A stretch of 64,000 nt of DNA from Prasinococcaceae sp. CCMP 1430 (GCA_013416795.1 RQSC01000808.1:1638-65637); one strand, 5' to 3'. Shown: positions 32,301-42,534, counted from the first letter of the stretch. Notes: generated by a model not told the origin, from the letters alone. Translations and numbers: made by a program.

Positions 32301-33031
32301 TAGGCGTCGACGACGGTCGTGTCGCCGCGCGAGACGAGCTTCATCAGGGGGCTGACCTCGTGGCTGGCACTCACCTGCGCGAAGCCCGCGGCGCGGCACG
32401 CCTGCGCCACGCGCTGCTCGTGCTCGGGGTACTTGTACGAGTGCATGAAAGCAATCGCGACGCTATCGATGCCCGCAGCGCGCGCGTCCGCGAGCACGGC
32501 GGCGATCTGCACGTCGTCGAGACCCTCCATCTCGGTGCCGTCGACGGCGAGGCGCCCCTTCAGCTCGGCCACGTGCTCGTACAGCATTTCGGGCAGCACG
32601 ATGTGGCGCGCGAAGATGTCGGGGCGGCTCTGGCCGGCGATGCGCAGCGCGTCGCGGAAGCCTGTGTTGACGAGCAGCAGCACGCGATCCCCCTTGCGCT
32701 CGAGCAGCGCGTTAGTCGCTACCGTCGTGCCCATCTTGACGCAGCGCACGCGCCCCGCCGGGATGGGCTCCCCGGCGCCGACGCCAAGCAGCGAGCGAAT
32801 GCCCGCCACTGCGGCATCCCTGTACGCCTCGGGGTTCTCCGACAGCATCTTCGCGGTGCGCAGCTCGCCACCGGGCGCGCGGCCGACGATGTCGGTGAAC
32901 GTGCCACCGCGATCGATCCAGAACTGCCACTGGTCCACGCCCGCACCGCTGCCAGCCGCGCCGGACGCCGGAAGAAGACGTATGGGGCGCTCGCTCGCTC
33001 GCAGCGGCCGGGCGGCGGGGCGGCGGGGCAC
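29324..33031 (-). CDS. OXP1: ATP-dependent 5-oxoprolinase (fused hydantoinase A + B), intronless over the conserved region; ATG unresolved
   Basis: [103 protein letters not shown]. The ORF track start at 33031 is GTG. Confidence 0.95.
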   Translation of the reverse strand: MPRRPAARPLRASERPIRLLPASGAAGSGAGVDQWQFWIDRGGTFTDIVGRAPGGELRTAKMLSENPEAYRDAAVAGIRSLLGVGAGEPIPAGRVRCVKMGTTVATNALLERKGDRVLLLVNTGFRDALRIAGQSRPDIFARHIVLPEMLYEHVAELKGRLAVDGTEMEGLDDVQIAAVLADARAAGIDSVAIAFMHSYKYPEHEQRVAQACRAAGFAQVSASHEVSPLMKLVSRGDTTVVDAYLSPILRRYVDTVASELSGVKLQFMMSSGGLTDAALFQGKDAILSGPAGGIVGSVRAAEAAGFKQLITFDMGGTSTDVAHYDGEYERAFETLVAGVRMRAPMMQIHTVAAGGGSICSFDGSRFTVGPESAGANPGPAAYRRGGPLTVTDCNVMLGKLVPEYFPAVFGPNNDAPLDRDAVQRKFEEMAKRCGGQSARDVAEGFLTIAVENMANAIKKISVQRGYDVTEYCLETFGGAGGQHACLVADALGMSTVYAHPLAGVLSAFGMGLADVSALRQKSVEVKLDTSTARCDGADAAVEELSAAAVAELVAQGADAERVEITAQLLLRYDGTDTALAVPHCAPKEAREDFERRYMARFGFIMSEKALVVEAATVEAVLSDSADAFAASVTKASASGAAAAPAPLGSTQVYCNGAMTDTSVWSREDLPIGFTVDGPSILVEANGTTFVEMGWRAEVVPAGLVLRRVVPREATVAIGTEVDPVYLEIFNNLFMSIAEQMGFTLQNTAYSVNIKERLDFSCAIFDAEGHLIANAPHMPVHLGSMGESIRCVIDDNEGKMVPGDAYVLNNPYNGGTHLPDVTVVTPVFDDDGKEILFYVGSRGHQADIGGVTPASMPSDSTSIDQEGVLIDNFKLVDGAEGIMREAELREVLGRDPYPCRNPDQNVADLRAQLAANAKGAAELKKMVAHFSLPTVTAYMRHVQDNAEESVRRAISALRSGDFAYEMDNGAVVKVKASIDLDKRSAKVDFTGTSAQLGSNFNAPSAVCRAAVMYVFRTLVDSNIPMNEGCLRPIELAIPDDSMLSPSYPAAVVAGNVETSQVVTDAIYGALGVMGAAQGTMNNLTFGNDTYQYYETVCGGSGAGPTFDGTDAVHTHMTNSRLTDPEVLEFRFPVRLESFSIRRGSGGKGKHKGGDGVERRIRFNEDMTVCMLSNRRKVPPYGMAGGQPGECGKNWVERKDGTRVDMGACDTVDVHPGDTFVLHTPSGGGFGEVDAGL

Positions 33032-33042
33032 GGAAAGGGTAC

Positions 33043-33522
33043 GTGTGGATTGCGGCCGGCGGCCTCAGACGGGCGTCCGGGCCGGCTTGCGGCGCATGCG
33101 GGGCGGNCGCGGCCGGCGGCGGCGGAGGCGCGTGGGTGGTCACGTGCGTCGGCAGCCTGCGCTCAGCGCGGCTGCGCCTGGCAGGCGCGTCGGCGGGCGG
33201 CGGCGGCGACGACGAGGAGGAACATCGCTTCCTCGACGTCGTGGGTCCTGTGGAGGTGTGCGGGCTCGTTGGCACCTTCGCGGCGGACGGCCGGTGCCAC
33301 CTGCACGCGACGCTCGCCGATGAGCGCGGCCGCGTGGTGGGAGGCCACCTGGTCGGCGACGACCTCGTGCACACCACGTGTGAGGTCGTCCTCGGCATCG
33401 CTCGCGGCGACGCTGCGTTCAGCAGGGAGCACGACGAGCTCACCGGCTACGACGAGCTCGTCGTGTCGCCTGCGGACGGCGCCCCGAGCGGGCCGCAGCG
33501 GTGGTGGTGGCCCTTCTCCTAG
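33043..33522 (+). CDS. PPC/DUF296 domain protein; 5' end unresolved (single N at 33107)
   Basis: [75 protein letters not shown] at about 33627. Confidence 0.8.
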   Translation: MWIAAGGLRRASGPACGACGAXAAGGGGGAWVVTCVGSLRSARLRLAGASAGGGGDDEEEHRFLDVVGPVEVCGLVGTFAADGRCHLHATLADERGRVVGGHLVGDDLVHTTCEVVLGIARGDAAFSREHDELTGYDELVVSPADGAPSGPQRWWWPFS

Positions 33523-34016
33523 GCGAGCGCCGGCCGCGCGCTGCTGCAGCCCGCGGCCTCCTCCACCCCTGAGCAGCAGCAGGTGATGCAGCAGCAGGGT
33601 CATACATATATACATAGTTAGCGTGCTGTAATTGTTTCTGAGTGTACCATACGCCGATTGTATTCAAATTGATATGTGTCATTATTGTTTTGAGTGTATC
33701 ATGCACCGAATATCCTCCGAATTTTGCGGCACGCAGTCACCGCGCCGCCACACCGCGGGCCACCGGCGCAGTGCGCTCGGGTGGGAGGGGGCAGGAGGGG
33801 TGTCCGTGGCGGTGACCCGCAGTTGAGGCACCGCGCCGGTGGCCCGGCACGGCCGCGACGGCCGTAGAACGCGGACGGGCTCGAGGACGCTACTAGGAGA
33901 GTGCCGTCGTGACGGTCGTGTCTTTGTGTAGAAATTGCAGCCGTGGCCCTGGGGTTTTGTTCGCTTCGGGACGTACGCTTCGTGTGGGAGGGGCGTGACG
34001 CCGCGGCGTTGTGGCG

Positions 34017-35240
34017 ATGGGGAGCGGCAACGACGCCCGCCATGGCTTCGAGCCCTCGCGACGTGATGCTGATGGAGGTGGCGGCGCCGGTGCAGACGAC
34101 GACGGGAGGGATGGCCTCGCCGCCACCGTGACGGCTGTCAGCGCCGCCATCAGCCATGACCACACCAGCAGCGAAGACGGCGAGTCGGTGCAAATGAGCG
34201 ACAATGCGGTCGCACCAGCCGCAGCGCAGCGCCAAAGCGGCGAGGACGATGAGGCTTCGCGCTATCGCCTGGGTTTCAAGGAGTGGGTGAACGCGCGCAC
34301 GCGCTTCCTCGAGTCGCCCGAGGCCGGCGAGTGGCTCGGCGAGTGCTGGGGCACCTTCCTGATTGTCATTTTTGGCGTGGGCGTCGTCAATGCCGGGCTG
34401 TCAGGCGCGCAGTCGGGCATCTGGCAGGTGGCTGTAGTGTGGGCGCTGGGCGTCGCGCTTGCGATCTACACCACCGCGCATGTGAGCGGCGCACATCTCA
34501 ACCCGGCGATCACGCTCGCATTTGCTGCATTCAGGGATTTTCCGCCAAGGAAGGTACCCAGGTATATCGCCGCGCAATTGGCCGGTGGCATCCTCGGCGG
34601 CTGCATCAACCTGGGCGTCTTTCAGGGCGTGCGCGACGTGTTTGAGCGTGCCAACGGCATCACTCGCGGCGCGCCACAGTCAGTGCTCACCGCCGCGGCC
34701 TTTGGAGAATATTTTCCGAACCCATTCCTCTTCGGGCCTTACAGCGACGTCAACACCATGCCTCAGAGCGACGCCAACGAGGTGATCTACCCTGGGACCG
34801 CATTTCTCGTGGAGGCGTGGGGGACCTTCCTACTCGCATTTGTCGTGTTCGCGGTCACCGACCCTAAGAACAAGGCCGTGGGGGAGTCCAAGGCGCTGGC
34901 GCCCTTGCTCATCGGTTTCGTGGTGGGCGTGAATCTCTCACTGTACGCACCCATTACGCAGGCAGGCTGGAACCCTGCGCGCGACCTTGGCCCGCGTATC
35001 GTTGCCGCCTTTGCAGGGTGGCAAAGCGTCGCTCTGCCGGGTCCTCGCAATGGATTCTGGGTGTACATCATCGGGCCAATCCTCGGTGCCCTGTGCGGTG
35101 CTGGTTTCTACGACTGCGTCTTGAGCCGCTCACTCTACCCGAACGACTCCGACGTCGGTGACCACACCAAGGACGACGCCACTACCCATGCGGCGCTCGA
35201 CGACGAGAAAAGCAAGGTGGCCAAAGGGGTGGAGGAATGA
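34017..35240 (+). CDS. Major intrinsic protein, GlpF-like aquaglyceroporin, intronless (start 34017 or 34195)
   Basis: ECWGTF helix 1, SGAHLNPAIT (NPA1), FGEYFPNP loop C, GWNPARDLGPR (NPA2 followed by the aquaglyceroporin Asp), WVYIIGPILGA. Confidence 0.92.
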   Translation: MGSGNDARHGFEPSRRDADGGGGAGADDDGRDGLAATVTAVSAAISHDHTSSEDGESVQMSDNAVAPAAAQRQSGEDDEASRYRLGFKEWVNARTRFLESPEAGEWLGECWGTFLIVIFGVGVVNAGLSGAQSGIWQVAVVWALGVALAIYTTAHVSGAHLNPAITLAFAAFRDFPPRKVPRYIAAQLAGGILGGCINLGVFQGVRDVFERANGITRGAPQSVLTAAAFGEYFPNPFLFGPYSDVNTMPQSDANEVIYPGTAFLVEAWGTFLLAFVVFAVTDPKNKAVGESKALAPLLIGFVVGVNLSLYAPITQAGWNPARDLGPRIVAAFAGWQSVALPGPRNGFWVYIIGPILGALCGAGFYDCVLSRSLYPNDSDVGDHTKDDATTHAALDDEKSKVAKGVEE

Positions 35241-35645
35241 CGTGGCGCTACTTTCCTCGAGCTTTCGCACCACCAAGCGGCGCAGGGGCCAACGGGCAGC
35301 AAGCACTAGAAAGGCGCGGTACAACAACATCGTTGCCAGCTTCATGCAGCGCGACAGAGAGCTAGCTCGGTTACCGCAGGCGCGGGAGCAGCGGCATGAC
35401 CTTGTTCCAGCGTGCATAAGATCATGTGTTTGCCATCGCGCGAATCGCTGCCGGCTGGGACGCGCCGCGCGCACGCTGTGCTGCCACCAGCCCGCCGGCC
35501 CGCTCGCGCCCCGGCCTGCTGGCCTGCCGGCCGCCTGCGGCCTGCTGATAGGACACCGAACACCATGATACCATTTTCTCGGAAACAATGCTCGAAGGTC
35601 AAAATGCATGCACTTTCGGCGCGTGCATGCGAAACGAGATCAACA

Positions 35646-35658
35646 TTTTGCCGCCAAA
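35646..35658. promoter_or_regulatory. Candidate E2F site upstream of the SMARCAD1-like gene
   Basis: TTTTGCCGCCAAA fits TTTSSCGC on + and TTTGGCGG on -, about 145 nt upstream of ATG 35802. Confidence 0.35.
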
Positions 35659-35801
35659 CGCTGCCAGGCACGAAAATACAAACGCGAAAATCGCGCCGCC
35701 GCGGGGCCGCGCGGCACAGCGGACACGCACGGCAGGAGGGTGTGTGTGTGTGTGGGGGGGGGGGGTCCCGCGCGACCGCGCGACCGCGCGCGGAGCGCGG
35801 C

Positions 35802-38651
35802 ATGGCGGAAGCTGCGCCCGACATGGGGGCGGCCGAGGTGCTCGCGCTGCGCGCGCGGCTGCGCGAGGCGGAGGCGCGCGGCGAGGAGGCCGACGAGGCG
35901 GACATGGACGCCTACGAGGCGCTCGCGTACCGCTGGAGGGACGCGGCCATGGCGGGGCCCACCGTGCGCGCCTCGCGAGTGCGCGCGTGGGTGGCCGACC
36001 GCTCGCGGTGCTCCGACGCGGCGCTCGAGCGCTACGACGCGAAGGTGAAGGCCTCGGGGCAGGACGCGCCCGTCGGCCTGCTCGCCGCGCTCAACAACGC
36101 CAAGGCCGCGCGCAAGGCACGCGTCTCGGCGGCAATCAAGGAGCAGCTCGCCGCGAGCGCCCCGTCGCCCTCGGCCAAGCGACGCAAGACGCGCCGCGAG
36201 GGTGGCGCGGGGCGCGCGCTGGGCCTCGACGACCTTGACGCCCTCGAGGCCGCGGCGCGCAGCCGCAGGCGCGCGAGCGCGGGCTTGGCGACCAAGGCGG
36301 AGGGCTCGGACGACGACGAGGAGGAGGTGTTCGACGAGACCGACGAAGGCGAGGAGGACGACGATGACGCGGAGGTCCGCCAGGCGCGCGAGGCCGCCAA
36401 CACAGTGATGAGCAAGGTGGGGCGAATCAGCCGCAACTTGCGCAAGTTGGTCGGCGCCGCCGCAGCGGGCGAGGCAGGGCAGAGCGGCGATGCTGCCGGT
36501 GCCGACGCAAGCGTTGGCGATGCCACTGCCGGCCTTTCCTCGCGTGAGTTTGATGGACGCCGCCTCAAGGATTACCAGGTCGTGGGGATCAACTGGCTGA
36601 TGCTGGTGCGCGAGCAGGGACTCTCCGCGGTGCTCGCCGATGAGATGGGCCTCGGGAAGACCGCGCAGAGCTGCGTTTTTTTGCAGCTGCTGCACGAGCA
36701 GGCACAGGCGCGCGCGGAGGGGGCCGGCGAGGAACCCGTCAGTCTGAAGCACCTCGTGGTGGCACCTGGCAGTGTTCTGGACAACTGGGCGCGCGAGTTG
36801 GCGGTGTGGGCTCCTTCTCTGCGTGTGGCGCTGTACCACGGCACGGAGCGCGAGGCGCTTCGCGAGGAGCTCGCGAGTGGCGAGCGGGACTTCGACGTGC
36901 TGCTTACGAGCTATTCGTACTTTGAGCGCGACTCCGAGGCGCAGCGCCGCGACCAGTCGCTGCTGCGCAGCTTCAAATTCGAGTACCTGCTGCTCGACGA
37001 GGCGCACGCGCTCAAGGACGCCACCTCGAGCCGGTTCACCAAGCTCATGCGCATCCGCGCGGCGCGCCGTCTGCTGCTCACCGGCACTCCCCTGCAAAAC
37101 AAGCTGCAAGAGCTGCTTTGCCTGCTGCAGTTTCTCATGCCCGACATGTTCGACAGCCGCTCTGCAGAGCTCGCAAATCTATTTGCCGTGGAGACCGAGG
37201 GCGATGCTGGCGTCATCAAGAAGGTGAAGGCTCTTCTCACGCCCTTCTTGCTCCGCCGCACCAAGGATGCCGTGCTCACATCGATGGTGCCCAAAACGGA
37301 GCTGTTGAAGCGCGTGACGCTCATCGACGAACAGCAGCAAGCCTACGATGGCATAATCGAGGTTGCGAGGGCGGCCCGCGAGGCCGGCGGCGAGCGGCGT
37401 GACAACTCCCTCTTCACGGCGCTGCGGCGTGCCGCCAACCACCCGCTGCTCATGCGCCGGCACTTCGCGGACGCGCAGCTGCCCGAGCTGGCGGCGCAGC
37501 TGCACGCGCGCGAAGCGTTCGGCCCCGAGGCCTCGGAGGCGCGCATCTTAGCCGAACTGCGCGAGATGAGCGACTTCGCGCTCAGCAGCGTGTGTGCGCA
37601 GCACGCCGCGCTCAGGAGCAAGTGCGTCCCCACGGAGGCGCTCTTCGACAGCGCAAAGGCGCGAGCGCTGCGCGACCTGCTGCCGCGCCTCAAGGCAGAG
37701 GGCCACCGCGTGCTGCTCTTCTCGCAGTGGACGCAAATGCTCGACGTGCTGGGCGCTATCACCGACGAGCTCGGCCTCAAGGTGCTTCGACTCGATGGCA
37801 ATACGCCCGTCGACGAGCGCCAAGCCCTAGTAGACTCCTTCAACAAGGACGAGTCCATCTTCGGGTTCCTGCTGTCCACGCGCGCCGGCGGCCTCGGCCT
37901 CAACCTCGCGGGCGCCGACACGGTCGTTCTGCACGACCTCGACTTTAACCCGAGCGTGGACAGGCAGGCGGTCGACCGCGCGCACCGCATGACGCAAACT
38001 AAGCCCGTCACCGTGTATAAGTTCGTGGCGGAGGGCACCGTCGACGAGGCCATCTTCGATATAGCGACGCGCAAGGCCAAGCTTGACGCTGCGGTGCTGG
38101 ACAGGGACGATGCACAGGCGGGCGCAGCCAAGGACGCCGATGAGCGCGGCAGCATCAAGGCGATCCTCGCTGGAATTCTGGGGCAGGGTGATCAATCTGA
38201 CGGGGAGTCTGAGGAAGAGTCAGGGGAGGAGGAGCAAGCCGACGGAGAGCAGGCCGACGACGGCCAGGACTCCGATGCCAACGAAGAGGTGGGGGTTGAG
38301 GACGGCTCGGACGGTGACGCGGACGCCGCGGACACCGATAACGACGACGTCGCCATGGCGGCGGGCGATAACGAGAGCGAACCGGAGAGTGAGGACTCCA
38401 GTGACGACGAGGAAGACGGCCCTGTCACAGAGCAGAAAGTGGTCGACGCCGTCCGCGCGAGCCTGTCTGCGATGAGCGACGACAAGCTCGAGACGACCGG
38501 TATGAAGTCATTGAAGGTCGAGGTCGCGGGGCTCCTGAAGTGCGATGTGGCGGAGCTCAAAAGCTTCAAGGACGCCATCAGGGCCGCCTTCGAGGACTTC
38601 TTCAACATCCACCTGACGCAGACGCAGCAACAGACTGCCTCGCAGGAGTAG
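35802..38651 (+). CDS. SMARCAD1: SNF2-family chromatin remodeller, Fun30/SMARCAD1/ETL1 subfamily, with acidic linker and C-terminal DEK-C-like helical domain
   Basis: LADEMGLGKT, LLTSYSYF, LDEAH, LTGTPLQNKL, LRRAANHPLLMRRHF (Fun30-type), VLLFSQWTQMLD, LLSTRAGGLGLNL, DFNP. Confidence 0.88.
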   Translation: MAEAAPDMGAAEVLALRARLREAEARGEEADEADMDAYEALAYRWRDAAMAGPTVRASRVRAWVADRSRCSDAALERYDAKVKASGQDAPVGLLAALNNAKAARKARVSAAIKEQLAASAPSPSAKRRKTRREGGAGRALGLDDLDALEAAARSRRRASAGLATKAEGSDDDEEEVFDETDEGEEDDDDAEVRQAREAANTVMSKVGRISRNLRKLVGAAAAGEAGQSGDAAGADASVGDATAGLSSREFDGRRLKDYQVVGINWLMLVREQGLSAVLADEMGLGKTAQSCVFLQLLHEQAQARAEGAGEEPVSLKHLVVAPGSVLDNWARELAVWAPSLRVALYHGTEREALREELASGERDFDVLLTSYSYFERDSEAQRRDQSLLRSFKFEYLLLDEAHALKDATSSRFTKLMRIRAARRLLLTGTPLQNKLQELLCLLQFLMPDMFDSRSAELANLFAVETEGDAGVIKKVKALLTPFLLRRTKDAVLTSMVPKTELLKRVTLIDEQQQAYDGIIEVARAAREAGGERRDNSLFTALRRAANHPLLMRRHFADAQLPELAAQLHAREAFGPEASEARILAELREMSDFALSSVCAQHAALRSKCVPTEALFDSAKARALRDLLPRLKAEGHRVLLFSQWTQMLDVLGAITDELGLKVLRLDGNTPVDERQALVDSFNKDESIFGFLLSTRAGGLGLNLAGADTVVLHDLDFNPSVDRQAVDRAHRMTQTKPVTVYKFVAEGTVDEAIFDIATRKAKLDAAVLDRDDAQAGAAKDADERGSIKAILAGILGQGDQSDGESEEESGEEEQADGEQADDGQDSDANEEVGVEDGSDGDADAADTDNDDVAMAAGDNESEPESEDSSDDEEDGPVTEQKVVDAVRASLSAMSDDKLETTGMKSLKVEVAGLLKCDVAELKSFKDAIRAAFEDFFNIHLTQTQQQTASQE

Positions 38652-39124
38652 GAGCTGCGCAGCGGCCCCTGGTTAATTGAGGGGGGGAGGGGAGTCCGCA
38701 GCCGCTCACGACTCGTCGCCGCCTGCGACGCGCGCGCGCGCCTCCTATAATGAGCACCGAGCACCTCGCGCGTCACGGCACCTCAGCTTCAGGCAGCGCC
38801 CCGGCGCTCCGCTCGCACGTCGCGAGTGAACCCACGGTCCCGCTCCATTGAGCGGAGGCCAGGCGTTGTCTCGCCAGTGAGCCAGCCACTCGCCCGTTTA
38901 TTGAGTGTGTACTGTGAAAGACATCGTGATACCAATTTTGAGGCGGTTGGGGAAGGCAGCGAGCGCGGGGAACTGCGGCGCGGCGCCACAGCTGAACGGC
39001 GCGGCGCGACGAGGAGGGAGGAGGAGAAGGGAGGGCGGGGGGAGCGGCAAGCGCCCCCCCACCCCACTCCAGCCCGCCCCATCCCGCTCTGCGCGCGTGG
39101 CGGTGTCACGCAGCGGAAAGAGGA

Positions 39125-40702
39125 ATGTCGGCGTGCGAGTCAGCGGGGGCCGCCACCGGCGCGCCCGCGCTGGGGGGCGCGCTGGCACAGGGCGCGAGCT
39201 CGTTCGTGGCCTCCGGAGCTCCCGAAGCGTCACACGGAGCAGCGCCAGCTCAAGCTGTGGGACCTGGCGCAGCGGCAGTGGCGGCAGTCGAGAGGGAGCG
39301 GCAGGTGCTGGGGGCTCTCCTAGCGTGGTGCGCTTCGCGAGGCGTGCGCAACGTGTCCGTGCGCCCCGCGGAGTTCCCCGAATCTGGCGGCCGCGGGCTC
39401 GCCGCCGTGCGCGCGCTGGCCCCCGGCGACGTGCTCGTCGCCGTGCCCGAGGACGCGCTGATGAGCGGCGCGAGCGCGGCGCGCGATGCCGGCTGTGCGG
39501 CGGCGATGCGCGCGGCTGCGGACGCCGCCGGTGGTCGCGCGCTGCAGCCCGAAGAGCGCCTGGCGCTGCACGTGCTGTGCGAGTTGGCCAAGGGGACCAC
39601 GAGCGCGTGGGCGCCGTACTTGCGGTCGCTGCCTGCGCGCTACGACACGCTCGCGCACTTCTCGGCAGACTGCGCCGCCGAGTTGCAGGCCAGCTGGGCA
39701 GTGAGCCTCGCGCGAGCAGAGTTACGGCGTGTGGGACTGTCGGCGACCCGCGCGCGGCCGGCGCGCGAGCACGCCCGTGCGGCGCTGCCTGAGCGCCTGC
39801 AGAGCCTATCGGCATGGAGATGGGCGCTGGCGACAGTGGGTTCGCGCGCGGTGTATGTGCCCTTCGACGCGGCAGGCGCACTGTGCCCGCTGGGCGACTT
39901 GCACAACTACGCACCGCCGCTGCGAGCGGGCGAGGTCGAGCTACAGCAGGGCGGGACGCAGCACTTTGGCGAGGGGAGTGGCGACGCCGTCTTCGAGGAA
40001 GGACATCTCGTGTGGAGAGCGAGGCGCTACTACCGCGAGGGTGAGGAAGCGCTCGTGTGCTACGGGAGGTACACCAATCTGCAGTTGCTCGAGCTCTACG
40101 GATTTGTGCTGCGTGACAATCCGCACGACACGTATCAGCTCGGTGACCTCTCGCTGCGGGCGCTCAGGCTTCGGCTGCCGGAGGCCCACACACCGCTTGG
40201 TCGAGTCGTCGCCGAGCTAAGGACGGAGGACGCCTGTTTGAGCGTAGACACAGACGGCCGGCCCAGCTGGGAGCTCATGGCGCTTCTACGGGCCGCGTTC
40301 TACGACGTCAAAGACGACGCCTCGGCAGATGTTCGCGCCGCTCGCTCTGCCACTGCGCGGCGAGGGTCAGCCGAGCAACGCTGGAGTGAGGGGCGCGTGG
40401 AAAAGTCGCGTCACGCCGCCGCCGAGCGTCTACGCGCTGGGGAGCCGCTCTCGGACGCGAGTGAGGCGAGGAGCTCGCGATGGCTTGCAATGGCTGTGAG
40501 GAGCGAGCTCCGCGCGGTTCCGACGTCTGCGTCGGAGGACGAGGCGCTCCTCGTCGGCGAGGCGGGCCGCGGCAGCGATGGTTGCCTGGGCGACAGGGCC
40601 TCGGCGGACCGCGTGCGCCTCGCCATCCAGTGGCGCCTGGGATGGAAGAGGGCGCTCGAGGCGACAGAGCGTCGCGCGTTCGCGGTGGCCGCCAGCGTGT
40701 GA
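39125..40702 (+). CDS. SET-domain protein lysine methyltransferase, SETD4/SDG40-like (Rubisco LSMT superfamily)
   Basis: GGRGLAA, VLVAVPEDALM, WAPYLRSLP, LCPLGDLHNYAPP, GEEALVCYGRYTNLQLLELYGFVLRDNPHD. Confidence 0.85.
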   Translation: MSACESAGAATGAPALGGALAQGASSFVASGAPEASHGAAPAQAVGPGAAAVAAVERERQVLGALLAWCASRGVRNVSVRPAEFPESGGRGLAAVRALAPGDVLVAVPEDALMSGASAARDAGCAAAMRAAADAAGGRALQPEERLALHVLCELAKGTTSAWAPYLRSLPARYDTLAHFSADCAAELQASWAVSLARAELRRVGLSATRARPAREHARAALPERLQSLSAWRWALATVGSRAVYVPFDAAGALCPLGDLHNYAPPLRAGEVELQQGGTQHFGEGSGDAVFEEGHLVWRARRYYREGEEALVCYGRYTNLQLLELYGFVLRDNPHDTYQLGDLSLRALRLRLPEAHTPLGRVVAELRTEDACLSVDTDGRPSWELMALLRAAFYDVKDDASADVRAARSATARRGSAEQRWSEGRVEKSRHAAAERLRAGEPLSDASEARSSRWLAMAVRSELRAVPTSASEDEALLVGEAGRGSDGCLGDRASADRVRLAIQWRLGWKRALEATERRAFAVAASV

Positions 40703-40884
40703 GCACGGACGAAGCGACGCGCGTCCTCCTCTGCCGGCGCATCGCCGCCAGACCGTACAATTCAGACTGCGTGGAGAAGCGGCGTTGCGCGACGCAAATC
40801 TCTCTTGCGTAATACTGTCATGCACTTCAATGTGTACGCGCTCCTGCGAAGGCGAAGACATGCGCGCACGCGGAAACTAACAGG

Positions 40885-42534
40885 ATGGGACGGAATGATG
40901 GTGAGGAAGGTGCACACGTGTGGACTGAGGGGGGGAAGAGAGAGAAGGGGGGGGGGGCGGAGGGCCAGAGCACCGCGCGGGGGCGCCTCTCTCGAAGCCT
41001 CCGCCGCCACCTTGCCTCTTCTGGCGCGCGCGCGCGCGCGCACGGCGGATGGCGCCGCCGCACCGTAGTGGCGAGAGGGACCGACGAGCGCGCGCTCGCG
41101 CGCTCGGCATCGCTGCAGCGTGCGAGTGCCGGCCAGGGCGCGACCCCCGAGGAACTCCGGGAACGCCGCGCGGGCGAGGTGCGGCCCGTTGAGGGGGGCG
41201 ACACGCCGGCGCCACGAACGAGCGACGCTCGTGTGCTTCTTGTCGCCGGCACGCGTGCGCCGGAGGTAGCCAGGCCGCGCCCTGAAGAGCGACGGGAGCG
41301 TGGCACGAGTGACGTGCGGCTCGCCTGGGGAAGGAGCGGCGCTCCATCGCCCAGTCTGAGCGCCGTGCACGCCCTCGTCCTCGTGACGATACCGTTCACG
41401 TGGGCGACCTGGTCAGTCTTCAATGCATACCTGCTTGCCGCGGTCGAGGGCGCGGGCGCCCCGCCACCGCCGCCACTTGCGCTCAACCTGGGATCTCATA
41501 CGGTGTCGTTTGCGGCGCTCAGTGCTGCTCTCGCCTTGCGGTGCGCCATACGCGCACGAAGACGAGGAGGGGAGGTGCGGCCGGCCAACATCGAACTCGC
41601 CCCTGCAAGCCAACGCCCTGAAGAGCGCCTCCGCGCGAGCGCAGATGACTCGGGCGAGGAGGGCGCGCGCCTGCTCCAGCCGGGCGATGGCCTGAGGAGC
41701 TTGAGCGAATCGAGCGTGCATGTGACCTTTGAACTGGCGGAGGATGTGCACACCGGTGGCGGCGCTCACACTGGCGCGTATCACATCCCTGCGTGCCCCG
41801 AGGCCCGCATCGTGGCGATCCGCGGCGGATGCGAGCTCGGCGCGTGCGTGTGGGTCGGCGCTGCCCTGCAGCTGTACGCGATCGCGCTGACGTCCGCGAG
41901 CCGCTCGACCTTCCTGGTGCAGGCGACTGCGATGATTGTGCCGCTGCTACAGGCGGCGCTGCTGCGAGAGAGAGTCGGGCGGAGGACGTGGTGGTCTTGT
42001 GCGGTGGCGACCGTGGGCATTGCCATCCTCACGCTCGGCGGTGGGGAAGGTGACAGCAGCACATCCGCACATACCGGTCTGGGTGACACGCTCGCGCTGC
42101 TAGCCGCCCTGATCTACTCGGTCCAAGTGGTGCGCACGCAGCGATTTGCAACCCAGTGCGATTTACTGGAACTCAGCTGGGCATTTGCCATGACTGAGGC
42201 GGCGCTTAGCGCATTCGCCGTCGGCGCTGGTATTGCGGGTGGCCTGTTCGAGCTCACGCCGACGCTGAGGGGGGTCGCGGAAGCGGGTCCGGACGTGGCC
42301 GCCGTCGTCTGCGCGTGTTTGGTGTGGAACGGTCTCTTCCCGACGGCATACTCAGCGTGGGCCCAGGGCTTCGTGCAAGCAGCGGTCCCGCCTGCGCGTG
42401 CAAATTTAGTATTCTCCTCCTCGCCACTCCTCGCGGCGGTTCTCGCAGCAGCCTTGCTCGGCGAGCGGCTGGGAGCGCCCGCTGCTTTTGGAGGTTTGCT
42501 CATCGTGGCTGCGTGCGCCGTCGGTGGAAGCTAG
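40885..42534 (+). CDS. EamA/DMT drug-metabolite transporter family protein (start uncertain)
   Basis: About 10 hydrophobic segments in two repeats (TSASRSTFLVQATAMIVPLL...RERVG, GDTLALLAALIYS, ARANLVFSSSPLLAAVLAAALLGERL). TGTAA about 18 nt after the stop. Confidence 0.8.
   Translation: MGRNDGEEGAHVWTEGGKREKGGGAEGQSTARGRLSRSLRRHLASSGARARAHGGWRRRTVVARGTDERALARSASLQRASAGQGATPEELRERRAGEVRPVEGGDTPAPRTSDARVLLVAGTRAPEVARPRPEERRERGTSDVRLAWGRSGAPSPSLSAVHALVLVTIPFTWATWSVFNAYLLAAVEGAGAPPPPPLALNLGSHTVSFAALSAALALRCAIRARRRGGEVRPANIELAPASQRPEERLRASADDSGEEGARLLQPGDGLRSLSESSVHVTFELAEDVHTGGGAHTGAYHIPACPEARIVAIRGGCELGACVWVGAALQLYAIALTSASRSTFLVQATAMIVPLLQAALLRERVGRRTWWSCAVATVGIAILTLGGGEGDSSTSAHTGLGDTLALLAALIYSVQVVRTQRFATQCDLLELSWAFAMTEAALSAFAVGAGIAGGLFELTPTLRGVAEAGPDVAAVVCACLVWNGLFPTAYSAWAQGFVQAAVPPARANLVFSSSPLLAAVLAAALLGERLGAPAAFGGLLIVAACAVGGS

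Noticed and set aside
35640-37109. 489-aa minus-strand ORF and similar long ORFs opposite urease, oxoprolinase and SDR
   Set aside because: Antisense shadows in GC-rich coding DNA with no recognisable domains.
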